Part shown: positions 9,508 to 18,586 of the stretch, in pieces
How the letters are laid out: each line of letters begins with the position of its first letter
Numbering within the stretch: the stretch's first letter is position 1
NCBI RefSeq assembly: GCF_000017845.1
Contig: NC_010547.1
Location: forward strand, 210,001-242,000
Origin: Crocosphaera subtropica ATCC 51142
Lineage (GTDB): Bacteria > Cyanobacteriota > Cyanobacteriia > Cyanobacteriales > Microcystaceae
DNA length: 32,000 bases
Direction: 5' to 3'
Program-made: the position numbers and the translations under genes
The notes under the pieces: model-generated
Databases searched by the model: none
Told to the model about the DNA's origin: nothing
The model's input: the letters and a program-made list of their open reading frames with translations, nothing else

Positions 9508-11250
9508 ATGAGTGATACTAAACCGACATCATCTATTCAAACTGCATTGAGTGAATCTTTCCATAATGGGTCGATGGCTAATTACTTTCTGCAACCCGAA
9601 GGGATGATGCTATTAGGAGCCTTGGTAATGATGGCCGTTCTTGCGATCGCTAAAGGTGGAGGCGGGGGCGTTAAGTCCTCTCGCGGTCAGCTTGCTACCG
9701 GGAGATTCGGCGGAAAGAGAGAATTGAATAATGCTAAAAAAGTTGCCCTGTCTCAGTTAAAAGAGAAAACCCGAGCCCCTGTCACGGCCTGGATAGGAGA
9801 GCCGAATAGCAGTTTGTTTGGCACTGACCCAATGTATTTGCCAGACTTAAATCGAAGTGCCTTAGTGTTAGGGGCTGCTAGTTCGGGTAAAACGTTTTCT
9901 TTTATTAATCCCATCGGAATTAGTGCCATTGACCAAGGGTTCCCGATTCTAATGTATGATTTTAAGTTTCCTGGACAAACTTCTCTTTTAGCGACCTATG
10001 CAAGAGCCAAGGGGTATCACGTCGATATCTTAGCTCCTGGTTATGCAGAATCAGGCGTATTAAATCCAATCACCGAATTTATCAAAGATGCTACCAGTGG
10101 TTTAGCGGCATCTCAACTCTCAGAAGTGCTGAATGCAAATTTCAAGAAGCAAGGAACGTCTCAAAGCGAAGATGGTTTCTTTGGACCCTCCGGGAATCAG
10201 CTAACCAAAGCAACACTTCTCTTAGCTCGGACGATGAAATACCCTGACTTGATAACCTGCGCTAAGATTCTCAGCGTCTCTAATTTAGCGGAACGGATTC
10301 TCAAGAAGAAAAAAGAAATGAATCCTTGGATATTTGATGCCTTTGGGCAATTTGCCTCCTCAGCATCTTCCGAAAAGACCGCAGCCAGCATTCAAAGCAC
10401 CGCACAATTGATGTTCAATCGGTTTATTGTACCAGAACTATTAAGCGTATTATGTGGTGAAACGACCATCTCGACGACCTTGACTGGGAAACGAATGCTT
10501 ATCCTTGGGCTAGACCAATCAAAGCGGGATGTCCTAGCACCTTTGTTTGCTGCTTTAATCAACATGATTGTCGATAAAAATATGGCGATGGATCGCAGAG
10601 ATCCTTTTGTGCTTCTTGCTGACGAGGTTCCCACCATTTATATTCCTATGCTTAAGAAATGGCCCAATGAACATAGAAGTAAAGGATTTTGTGGGGTGCT
10701 AGGCGTACAAAACATCACCCAACTCGAAGAAATGTATGGAAAGATAGGAGCCAGGAATATAGTAGGCGCCTGTGCAACGCGGGTTTACCTGAACCCACAA
10801 GATATCGAAACTCAAGAATGGATCGCCAAAGCCCTTCCTGAAAAAGAGGTAGTCCTCAAGCATAAAAATAAGAGTGTAACTTCAGGAAAAACCACTAATA
10901 GTTTCTCCGAAGAGGTTAAGACTAAACCTCTAATGTCGGCAGCTAAAATTGGTCAAATGCAGACAGGGGAAGCGATTGTTATCAATCCGCATTTTGCTAC
11001 AAAAAAAGAAGGGTTTTACCCGATTCATCACCACTTTAAGCCATCAAAGAAATATAAAGACCTTAATAAGTGGTGCGAAGAGGTATGGGAATCTTCGGTG
11101 CGTCCAAGCTTTATCGAGCGATCGCAAAACCGACCCCAAATTACAGCCGATGACCTCACACTTAGACAAGAAACAGTCGATGAGTTGTTTCCTGATTCAC
11201 TTCTCAAAGAAGAGGATAATACTGATGAACTTTTATCTAAGCTTCTGTAA
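9508..11250 (+). CDS. virD4: Type IV coupling protein, VirD4/TraG family
   Basis: Walker A is GAASSGKT (9871-9894) and Walker B is FVLLADEVP. An N-terminal TM helix (MMLLGALVMMAVLAIA) is present. I prefer the ATG at 9508 over the track's TTG at 9406, because that extension reads through the inverted-repeat block. Confidence 0.85.
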   Translation: MSDTKPTSSIQTALSESFHNGSMANYFLQPEGMMLLGALVMMAVLAIAKGGGGGVKSSRGQLATGRFGGKRELNNAKKVALSQLKEKTRAPVTAWIGEPNSSLFGTDPMYLPDLNRSALVLGAASSGKTFSFINPIGISAIDQGFPILMYDFKFPGQTSLLATYARAKGYHVDILAPGYAESGVLNPITEFIKDATSGLAASQLSEVLNANFKKQGTSQSEDGFFGPSGNQLTKATLLLARTMKYPDLITCAKILSVSNLAERILKKKKEMNPWIFDAFGQFASSASSEKTAASIQSTAQLMFNRFIVPELLSVLCGETTISTTLTGKRMLILGLDQSKRDVLAPLFAALINMIVDKNMAMDRRDPFVLLADEVPTIYIPMLKKWPNEHRSKGFCGVLGVQNITQLEEMYGKIGARNIVGACATRVYLNPQDIETQEWIAKALPEKEVVLKHKNKSVTSGKTTNSFSEEVKTKPLMSAAKIGQMQTGEAIVINPHFATKKEGFYPIHHHFKPSKKYKDLNKWCEEVWESSVRPSFIERSQNRPQITADDLTLRQETVDELFPDSLLKEEDNTDELLSKLL

Positions 11251-11454
11251 GGCTGAAAAAATCCCTATGAATACGATTCTTTGGCAAAAGGACTGGGAAT
11301 ACTGACCGAATTACCCATTAATATTGATGATACTCCTGCTAGTAATCCTTGGCAAAAGCATCAGGAAGATTTTAAACAGGGACTCGAAGATAGCAGAAAT
11401 CAAATGTAACGGTTCTGTAAGTTTTTACGTCAAAACAAAGTTAGGTAAAAATCG

Positions 11455-14400
11455 CTAAATAAATTTTAATAATTTTTTTAATCCTATGATTTGTTCATCT
11501 AAGTCTAACTGATAATTAAAACTAAAAACTTTATATCGAGTATGCCACTCGAAATTATCTCGCTGAATTGCATCTTTCTGTTTTTGTTCAGGATTATTGT
11601 GAACTGAACCATCACAAAACACGGCTATTTTTGGGTGTTTATATACAAAATCGGGTTTACATTCAGCATCAGGAAAATAAACTTGAGCGTGATCAGGAAG
11701 AGGAAGACCATGAGATTTAATGGCTTCTAAAACCATCGCTTCGTATTTGGAATTAGGATCACTTTGTTGTAAAAGTTGTTGGTAAGCTTCATCTCTTTGA
11801 TTATCTTGTACAGTATTCAGTTGACTCTCAGTAAGCTGTTCAAGAAAGTTTTTGATTAAATGTCGATTAAGATAAGGATGGTCAAATTGATTTTGATAGG
11901 ATAGCAAGCATTCATAACAAGCTTGAGTACAACTAGGTTTATCTTGCTTAAAGTGACAAATATCGAGAGCTTCTTGAGCTAAAGAAGAAAAAGCTTGCGG
12001 ATTATCAAGAATTTGAGATAAAACCCCTGCGCCTCCCTCAGAAGCTTCCCAGAAAAGAAGATGTTTTCCATCTCCCAATCTTTCAGAGGCTAATTCTTCT
12101 GCTTCTAGCTTGTAGTAGCCTTGAATGGCTTTTAAGAGTGCATACTGCAAAGTAATTAAAAATTCTTGGGTTTGATGTTCAGGTAGCTCTTGCGGTTCAA
12201 TAACCAAAATATTCGAGGTATCAGACACCATAAGATTGACTCCTGGTTGGAGTGTTTGAGAAACATTATTTTGATTAGAATCACTCCATTCTCCTGTTTG
12301 GGTATCTAATTTAAAGCCTTGTTCTTGATTGCGAAGTAAACCGCGATTAATACGTCGAATTTGAGCAGTTTCGCCGTAGCAGATTTTTAAAAGTTCTGTT
12401 CCATCAGCAGCCGTAACCAAAGCTTCCCGACGCTTGTGAGAGTCATATTGAAAGTGAGTGGTCAAATGATAACCATATTTGAGCCGTTCTTCTTCATCAC
12501 AAGTGATGCGTTCCCGTCGTCGGGTAATCATCGTATCGAGAGGGAGAACATAGTGAAGGCGATCGCTTAATTTTGCTCCACAATTACTACAAGTATCCCG
12601 TTCGGCTCCTTGAACACCATCATGGAAATAACCACAATTACTACAGGTACTGACTTTTTCGTATTCAATACCTTTGGGAGACACTCTGGTTTTAGTAATC
12701 TGAAATTTACTCCCTTCATAATAAATAACATTTCTCGGAGCTAATTCCCTAATGGCAACAATACGAGGACGAGCAATAAATTCTCCTTTATCCCCCGCAG
12801 GAATAAAACCACGAACAGGAAGGCGAGGGAAGTTAAAGCCCGGCAAAAAGCCTTCGCTGGCAAAATAGCGGTAAGGATAAAATTCAAACTCACTTTGAGA
12901 ACGTCCCTTGCTTCCTTGCCCCACTAATAAATCTCGTTGACGTTTAGCATCACTTTCTAACGCTTCTGCTGTCTTCTTGTCCTCATCAGTAATAATCCCT
13001 TTCGCTGCTTTATCTATGGTGGCACGGGCTTCATCTAACTGACGGTTCGCATCTTGATATAATCTACGCCAGCGTTCGCACCGTAAATCAAAAACATGAA
13101 GTGCATCAGCCAGCTTTTCTTTAATCCAGTCAGCACTATACCAACTGGTCCGATTAAGATCCGTTTGGCAAAAGATATCATTAAGAATAAGTTGAGCATC
13201 GTTCAGACATTTTCTGAAAGTTTCAGGGCTAAGGGTCAAATTTTGGCGGATTTCATCTTTGAGAGGATACTTCTCTTTATCTAAATCGAGAATTTGGTTC
13301 ATTGAATTCCCCAAATCAACCCCTGTATAAGACAGCCAAAGGGAATAAAGATGAGACTTGACTAAATCAGGGTTGCCTAATTCTAGTTTCGGTGGCACAA
13401 CCACCCCTGATACCATTTGTGCTTGTCGTCTATAAAAGTATTGGTCATGGCCACTACCATAGGCAGCATAGGTAATAACCAAGGCTTCTTGTCCCCCTCG
13501 TCCTGCTCGTCCACTCCGTTGTGCATAGTTGGCAGGGGAAGGGGGAACGTTTCGTAAGTGAACCACACTTAAATCAGAGATATCAATCCCCAATTCCATT
13601 GTCGGAGAACAAAATAAAGCTGCTAAATCACCTTTTCTAAACTTATCTTCTCGTACTTGACGATATTTATTAGGGACTTGTCCAGTATGTTCTCGTCCTT
13701 CCATTTTTTGAATGGTCTGCCCCTGTTCTTCATAAAACTGTTGAAAAAATGAGTTAACCTCTTGAGTGGTAAGATCACTCCCTTGTAGTCGTTTATTATT
13801 GGTGGGATCAATGTCAATTTGATTAACTTTTTGGGCTTTCCAGACCATTGCATCAATGCGTAGCTGGAATTCATTTTCCTCACAAGTAAGGTAGCCACAA
13901 TCACAAAGAACTTTGACCAACGATTCAATTAAGCTGTTATATTCGTCTTCTGTGAGGGAATAACCCCAAATAACATCAGAACGTAAATATCTTGCTACTT
14001 TACTACGGGGTGTTAACTTAACTGTTCGTCCTTTTGATTGTGGGTTATTAGTATAAGTGGCTTTGGGAGCAGGAGGAAGATACTCATACTCATCAAATTT
14101 CCAAGTATCGTTTATGGTTTGAGAAACTTCTCGTTGTATTTCTTTGATACGGTTGGGTTGCAGTAAGGCCGCATCAATGGCTAAATTCTTTCTAAGTTGA
14201 TCTAAAATAACGGTTACAGCTTGCCAACGTTGTTGAAAGGTTGCTTTTGCAAGAATGGGATTAAAATGTTTTTGCCAAGGACTCTGAGCTTGACACATTT
14301 CTTCTAATTCAGAATATTCAATGCTCAATAATCCACATTGTTCTAGATTAGGTTGAACAATTCGCCATCCTCTTTTTAAATCCTCATAGAGACGATATTC

Positions 14401-16800
14401 AATCAAATGTTCAAACGCTCTTTCATTCTTCGTTTTCCCAAATCCAAAATCCGACGGTTGTTTAGCATAAGCTTCTTGAGATAAGCCCATTTCTTGGACA
14501 ACAGTAGCGGCCAGTTGTTCATGGGTTAAGGTTCCCTTTTGTTGCAAGGCTTTATTTAAACTGGCTCTCAGGAAAGAGGTTTGTACGAAGTCATTAAAAT
14601 GACCTGCTTGTAAGGAAGCATCTTGACGATTATCGGTAAAACTGAGAATTTTCGCTGCTGTGGGCTTAATATGAGGGTTGAGTTTGAGACGATTGACGGT
14701 TGATAAGCAAAGTAAGGTAGTGGCGGTACTGCGTCCTTCACTGCTGAGACGGGATAATTTACGGTATTCGGTGGTTTTTCTATCATAAACCACACCACAG
14801 TTGAGGCAAGTTAAGAAGGGTTTAGGAATAAACCAACAGCGAACAGGTTGAATAGGATCGTTTTTGCTAACGGCCCCTGTGGGAATCATTCCATTAGGAT
14901 AAACATATAATTCTTGGGGAATAAATTTAGCGAATTCTTTCTTAATTTTCCTTCCGCTTTTATTGTGGCGAAACCAATTATCGGGTAAACGATCTTCGTC
15001 ATCAATGTCCCATAAATCCGTTTCATCTAAGGTTAAATAACCTTCGGTAATGTCTTCGTTATCTTCGTTGATGGCTGTGGGTAATAATGGGGTAATTTGA
15101 TGTTTTTCAGCATCATGCCGTACAACATAATAATCTTGTCCACATTCCCGACAGAAAACAAGGGGAAATAGTAAACGATCTTGGGTAGTTTTATATTGTC
15201 CTTCTAAGGTTAATTTTCTGTGTTCATGGGGTTGCAACGTTGCATAAACGCTACCCCCTTGAGAGATAAATTGATGTAAACGGAAGGGCAACCCTTTCGT
15301 TGTTTTGTCCTTGGTTTTTTGGGCAGTCAGTTGACTACTCCAGAGCAACATCTCCCGTAAAATGTCTAAACAGTTTTGAAAGTCATGATTCGTTAGTTCG
15401 GCCAGTTGACTGGCCCCATCTTTCAGTGAGATGGGAGTACGCCGTTTCAGATATCCCTCTTCTTCTTCTAAACCAAAGGTCATCTCTATCCAAGCACTCA
15501 AAGGATGCTCTTTAAAGGCTGTTTCGGTTCGTTCTGTTTCTGGGGGGAGTCCTTGCTTTAAGCACTGTTGCAGTTCGGAAACTGTGGGATAAGGACGAGC
15601 GATCGCTTTTTCTAAGGTTTCATCAATCACCTGCTCTGATTTAATTTCTACCCCAAAAAGTTTACTAGCAACTTCTGCGACGGTTTGTTGACGGTTAGCG
15701 CGAGTGCCTTCGGTGGACATGGTAGCCGAAGTTCCAATACACAGTAAAGGTTTACCGCAGCGTTGTTTTAATTTACGAATGACTAAGGCGACATCAGCCC
15801 CCTGGCGACCTCGATAAGTATGTAATTCGTCTAAAATCAAGAATTTTAGGTCAGGAGAGGCTACCAGTTTATCTTCATGGACACGGGTAAGCATCAATTC
15901 CAACATGACATAGTTAGTCAACAGAATATGGGGCGGGTTATTCTGTATATCGGTCTTATCGGATAAGTTTTCTTGTCCTGTGTATTTGGCGACTTTGATA
16001 TGAGTGTTAGGGACGTTTTCTAGAAATTTCTTGAATTCTTCTTCTTGGGAGTTAATCAGAGCATTCATAGGATAGACTAAAATGGCTCTAACTCCCTTAA
16101 GATGGGGATTTTTCAATAAGTCGTTAATGATGGGGACAACGTAGGTTAAACTTTTTCCTGACCCGGTTCCTGTTGTCACCACATAGGGTAAATTTTGCTG
16201 TACGAGTTGAAAGGCTTTTTCTTGGTGGTCGAAAAAGTGGAAATTAGGAAAATAGCGATCGCAGTCTGGATGCAAAATATTGCTTTGAATCAGTTGGCTA
16301 ACGGTAGCACTCCGTTTATAGGGTGGGTTGAGTTGGACGAGGGGATCTTTCCAGAGTTTTTCTTTGTCTAATTCTTCTTTTACAAAGGTTTTGAGGCGTG
16401 AATCTTTTATTTTGAGGAAACTTTCGATATAACTACGATAATCGTTGATAACTTCATCTCTCAGGGTAAAAATATCAAATTTTTGCGGTTGATCTGGTTT
16501 ATTATCAGGGGTTTCTATTACCTCAGTCGGAACAACTTGCACCCCATTACGTTGATTAACGTAGCTAATTAAATGATGGGCGAGAGATTCGCTCACCGTT
16601 GGCTCATCAAAGACTTTTTGAGCTAATTGGACAAAATCCCATTCTTCGGGAATCCCTGAAAAAAGGGCTTCTAGTTCCTCGTTAGTGAGACTGTCTACTC
16701 CTGTGGTGTCCAGTTTTTGGGGGTACATTTCCATCCCAATAAGGGTACTGGTGGAGGCGATCGCACTTTTTCCTTTAGCGAGGAGGTCTTTGAGCTTCAT
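11455..16800 (-). CDS. Giant DExH helicase fused to a DUF1998 (MrfA-type zinc-binding) domain and a C-terminal Vsr/DUF559-like nuclease-fold module; DrmA+DrmB-like or DruE-like
   Basis: 1781 aa. Helicase motifs are I TGTGSGKS, II DELH, III SAT (GTSATMS) and VI QRSGRAGRGG. Cys clusters are CRECG, CLNCG and CSNCG..CSNCG (about nt 12575-12655). The DUF1998-type signature CTQACYECLLSYQNQFDHPYLNR is present. The C-terminal KPDFVY..IAVFCDGSVHNNPEQKQKDAIQRDNFEWHTRYKVFSF (about 11455-11700) resembles DUF559/Vsr-like PD-(D/E)xK domains. Confidence 0.85.
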   Translation of the reverse strand: MKLKDLLAKGKSAIASTSTLIGMEMYPQKLDTTGVDSLTNEELEALFSGIPEEWDFVQLAQKVFDEPTVSESLAHHLISYVNQRNGVQVVPTEVIETPDNKPDQPQKFDIFTLRDEVINDYRSYIESFLKIKDSRLKTFVKEELDKEKLWKDPLVQLNPPYKRSATVSQLIQSNILHPDCDRYFPNFHFFDHQEKAFQLVQQNLPYVVTTGTGSGKSLTYVVPIINDLLKNPHLKGVRAILVYPMNALINSQEEEFKKFLENVPNTHIKVAKYTGQENLSDKTDIQNNPPHILLTNYVMLELMLTRVHEDKLVASPDLKFLILDELHTYRGRQGADVALVIRKLKQRCGKPLLCIGTSATMSTEGTRANRQQTVAEVASKLFGVEIKSEQVIDETLEKAIARPYPTVSELQQCLKQGLPPETERTETAFKEHPLSAWIEMTFGLEEEEGYLKRRTPISLKDGASQLAELTNHDFQNCLDILREMLLWSSQLTAQKTKDKTTKGLPFRLHQFISQGGSVYATLQPHEHRKLTLEGQYKTTQDRLLFPLVFCRECGQDYYVVRHDAEKHQITPLLPTAINEDNEDITEGYLTLDETDLWDIDDEDRLPDNWFRHNKSGRKIKKEFAKFIPQELYVYPNGMIPTGAVSKNDPIQPVRCWFIPKPFLTCLNCGVVYDRKTTEYRKLSRLSSEGRSTATTLLCLSTVNRLKLNPHIKPTAAKILSFTDNRQDASLQAGHFNDFVQTSFLRASLNKALQQKGTLTHEQLAATVVQEMGLSQEAYAKQPSDFGFGKTKNERAFEHLIEYRLYEDLKRGWRIVQPNLEQCGLLSIEYSELEEMCQAQSPWQKHFNPILAKATFQQRWQAVTVILDQLRKNLAIDAALLQPNRIKEIQREVSQTINDTWKFDEYEYLPPAPKATYTNNPQSKGRTVKLTPRSKVARYLRSDVIWGYSLTEDEYNSLIESLVKVLCDCGYLTCEENEFQLRIDAMVWKAQKVNQIDIDPTNNKRLQGSDLTTQEVNSFFQQFYEEQGQTIQKMEGREHTGQVPNKYRQVREDKFRKGDLAALFCSPTMELGIDISDLSVVHLRNVPPSPANYAQRSGRAGRGGQEALVITYAAYGSGHDQYFYRRQAQMVSGVVVPPKLELGNPDLVKSHLYSLWLSYTGVDLGNSMNQILDLDKEKYPLKDEIRQNLTLSPETFRKCLNDAQLILNDIFCQTDLNRTSWYSADWIKEKLADALHVFDLRCERWRRLYQDANRQLDEARATIDKAAKGIITDEDKKTAEALESDAKRQRDLLVGQGSKGRSQSEFEFYPYRYFASEGFLPGFNFPRLPVRGFIPAGDKGEFIARPRIVAIRELAPRNVIYYEGSKFQITKTRVSPKGIEYEKVSTCSNCGYFHDGVQGAERDTCSNCGAKLSDRLHYVLPLDTMITRRRERITCDEEERLKYGYHLTTHFQYDSHKRREALVTAADGTELLKICYGETAQIRRINRGLLRNQEQGFKLDTQTGEWSDSNQNNVSQTLQPGVNLMVSDTSNILVIEPQELPEHQTQEFLITLQYALLKAIQGYYKLEAEELASERLGDGKHLLFWEASEGGAGVLSQILDNPQAFSSLAQEALDICHFKQDKPSCTQACYECLLSYQNQFDHPYLNRHLIKNFLEQLTESQLNTVQDNQRDEAYQQLLQQSDPNSKYEAMVLEAIKSHGLPLPDHAQVYFPDAECKPDFVYKHPKIAVFCDGSVHNNPEQKQKDAIQRDNFEWHTRYKVFSFNYQLDLDEQIIGLKKLLKFI

Positions 16801-16897
16801 GGGTGGTTTAAGGCTAAGTCGTTGCTTTTAAAATGCCCAATTTTTCTAGAATAGTTCACAGTTACAATAGAATGAAGTTTATTCAGTAACAAATTCC

Positions 16898-17161
16898 ATG
16901 CAAATCACGATTGAAATACCAGAAGACCTTGGTAATATTCTTGAAGTCAAATGGGGGAATCTCTCTGAACGTACCCTTGAGTCTTTAGCTGTGGAAGGAT
17001 ACCGTAGTGGGATATTAACCAGGGGACAAGTCAGGCAATTACTAAATCTTGCTTCTTTCTATGAAGTTGAACAATTCCTAAAAGACCGAGGGGCTGATTT
17101 ACTCTATAGTGAAGAAGATTTGGAACAAGATATTCAAATTGCCCACGAATTAACTAATTGA
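16898..17161 (+). CDS. UPF0175-family antitoxin-like protein, apparently orphan
   Basis: The 87-aa product ..LAVEGYRSGILTRGQVRQLLNLASFYEVEQFLKDRG.. matches my recollection of cyanobacterial UPF0175 proteins. These normally precede a DUF3368 PIN-like toxin; here only five codons follow. Confidence 0.55.
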   Translation: MQITIEIPEDLGNILEVKWGNLSERTLESLAVEGYRSGILTRGQVRQLLNLASFYEVEQFLKDRGADLLYSEEDLEQDIQIAHELTN

Positions 17162-17175
17162 CAGTGATCGTTTAA

Positions 17176-17613
17176 TTAGGTTACTAATTTAATCCAGCTA
17201 ATTTGATTTTTAACGGTATTATATAAACGTTTGTCTCCTGTATAAAAGTCACAATTTAGATGTTGTGCTAATGCTAGATAATGAGCATCATAAGAAGCAG
17301 ATAAATTAAACTGATTAGCTAATTCAAACGCAGTCTGATGGAAATTTTGTAATTCTTGATGTCCATAAAGAGTAATATTAAAGCTGAGGGCGTCTAGTAA
17401 AGCCTCTTTTGCTTGTTCTGTTGTAATTTGTCCTGCTTTACTCATACGATAAAGTGCGTTGGTTACTTCATAATAAAATAAAGTAGGGGCAACAACAGTT
17501 ATTTGATTGGCTTGCCATTCTTCCCATAAGGTAATCAAGGTAGAATTAGGAACTTGAGTATTAACTAAACGAACAATAAAGTTAGCATCAACACAGACTA
17601 AATGATTAGTCAT
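17176..17613 (-). CDS. vapC: PIN-domain ribonuclease toxin, VapC family
   Basis: The four PIN acidic positions are in context: VCVDANF, YYEVTNAL, SASYDAHYLALA, FYTGDKRL. The start overlaps the upstream antitoxin gene by 8 nt. Confidence 0.8.
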   Translation of the reverse strand: MTNHLVCVDANFIVRLVNTQVPNSTLITLWEEWQANQITVVAPTLFYYEVTNALYRMSKAGQITTEQAKEALLDALSFNITLYGHQELQNFHQTAFELANQFNLSASYDAHYLALAQHLNCDFYTGDKRLYNTVKNQISWIKLVT

Positions 17614-17887
17614 TTTCTTCCTCTTTAACAGTCTCAGGAAAACAAGCTTGCATTAATTCTTCACTACGTTCTTCTCGCATTTGATAAAAAATTTCATCAA
17701 TAGAAGGTTCTAGTGGTTTTCCTCCTCGTTGTTGACAAATCTTCTGATTTCGTTCGAGAATTCGCTTTTTAGTCGTTTCCCAATCTTGTTGGGGATGTAA
17801 TTCAGATTCGAGTAAGATTCGTTCTTCCTCAGATAAACTTTTAATAATTTGAGCTAGGGTTTTGACTAATTGAGTATTCATGGTCAC
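17606..17887 (-). CDS. VapB-type antitoxin
   Basis: A 93-aa acidic protein immediately upstream of vapC and overlapping it. Its N-terminal LxxIIKSLSEEER motif is shared with the antitoxin at 18330-18548. Confidence 0.65.
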   Translation of the reverse strand: MTMNTQLVKTLAQIIKSLSEEERILLESELHPQQDWETTKKRILERNQKICQQRGGKPLEPSIDEIFYQMREERSEELMQACFPETVKEEEND

Positions 17888-17915
17888 TTGTATTTATCCA
17901 CTATTTAAGACACTT

Positions 17916-17968
17916 CTAATATTCCATCATATCCCATGCAGCTAATACTAATCTTTGGGTACAATATT
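17916..17968 (-). pseudogene. Remnant copy of the last 16 codons plus stop of the methyltransferase gene
   Basis: The 53 nt match 19204-19256 at 48/53 positions without gaps. It translates as YCTQRLVLAAWDMMEY*, versus YRTQRLVLAAWDMMGY* at the true methyltransferase C-terminus. An in-frame TAA lies immediately upstream. Confidence 0.75.
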
Positions 17969-17985
17969 ACTTCTTTGGGTTTAAT

Positions 17986-18330
17986 TCAAAGTTGAAAAGT
18001 ATTTTTTAATCTATTATTCAAAGTTTGTAATAAACTTATATTTAACTCCCCGAGTTTTCTGGTTATTAAATTTCGTTCAATTGTTACTATCCTAGAAACT
18101 CTAACTTTAGAGGTCATTTTTAGTCCTGTCTTAGAAAATTCAGGATGTGTTGTCTCTATTAGAAATTCTTCAGCACCGAGATTATTAATATTTTGAGAAG
18201 AAATAAAACAAACTGTAATATCTATTCCCGACAAATCAACCCATAATACGACAGCAGGACGAAGTTTTGTTGTACTTAAATCGGTAAAAGGAAAGGGAAC
18301 TAAAACAATATCACCTTTTTTTAGAGACAT
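17986..18330 (-). CDS. mazF: MazF/PemK-family endoribonuclease toxin
   Basis: The N-terminus KKGDIVLVPFPFTDLSTTKLRPAVVL is the hallmark MazF/PemK/CcdB-fold start. The product is 114 aa. Its start shares one nucleotide with the upstream stop (TAATG). Confidence 0.8.
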   Translation of the reverse strand: MSLKKGDIVLVPFPFTDLSTTKLRPAVVLWVDLSGIDITVCFISSQNINNLGAEEFLIETTHPEFSKTGLKMTSKVRVSRIVTIERNLITRKLGELNISLLQTLNNRLKNTFQL

Positions 18331-18548
18331 TAAATAGGTTCTCCATCTTCTAGGGTATAAATATCTGGTTCATCTTTGAGAAAATCAAAAGAATGACTTT
18401 TTTGTGCCAAGTTCATAATATCCTGTGTTGTAACTAAAGAATCGTCAAAGAATAATTTTTGTTCAAAGATTTGGCGTTCTTCATCGGACAGTGATTGAAC
18501 GATTGTGATTAGGGAGTCAATTAATTTTTGATTCATGGTTAACTTCAC
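18330..18548 (-). CDS. Antitoxin partner of the MazF-like toxin
   Basis: A 72-aa acidic protein translationally coupled to the toxin gene. It carries the N-terminal LITIVQSLSDEER motif. Confidence 0.6.
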   Translation of the reverse strand: MKLTMNQKLIDSLITIVQSLSDEERQIFEQKLFFDDSLVTTQDIMNLAQKSHSFDFLKDEPDIYTLEDGEPI

Positions 18549-18586
18549 AGATTAAGTGTTCTAATATTTGATAATATCTCAAGCAG

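Noticed and set aside
10949-11305. 118-aa plus-strand ORF overlapping the 3' end of the coupling-protein gene
   Set aside because: It is an alternative frame of virD4 with a basic, low-complexity translation. Only about 55 nt extend beyond the virD4 stop, and nothing supports it independently.
11267-11408. Short open frames between virD4 and the helicase stop (MNTILWQKDWEY* and ..LTELPINIDDTPASNPWQKHQEDFKQGLEDSRNQM*), possibly a frameshifted gene remnant
   Set aside because: They are too short and I recognise no motif. I cannot tell a decayed small gene from chance without a database search.
16822-16873. Promoter-like hexamers (TTGCTT, TAGAAT, TACAAT, TAGAAT) in the divergent region between the helicase and UPF0175 genes
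   Set aside because: The spacings to plausible -35 boxes are off (19 bp or no match). AT-rich intergenic DNA yields such hexamers by chance, so this is not callable without transcript data.
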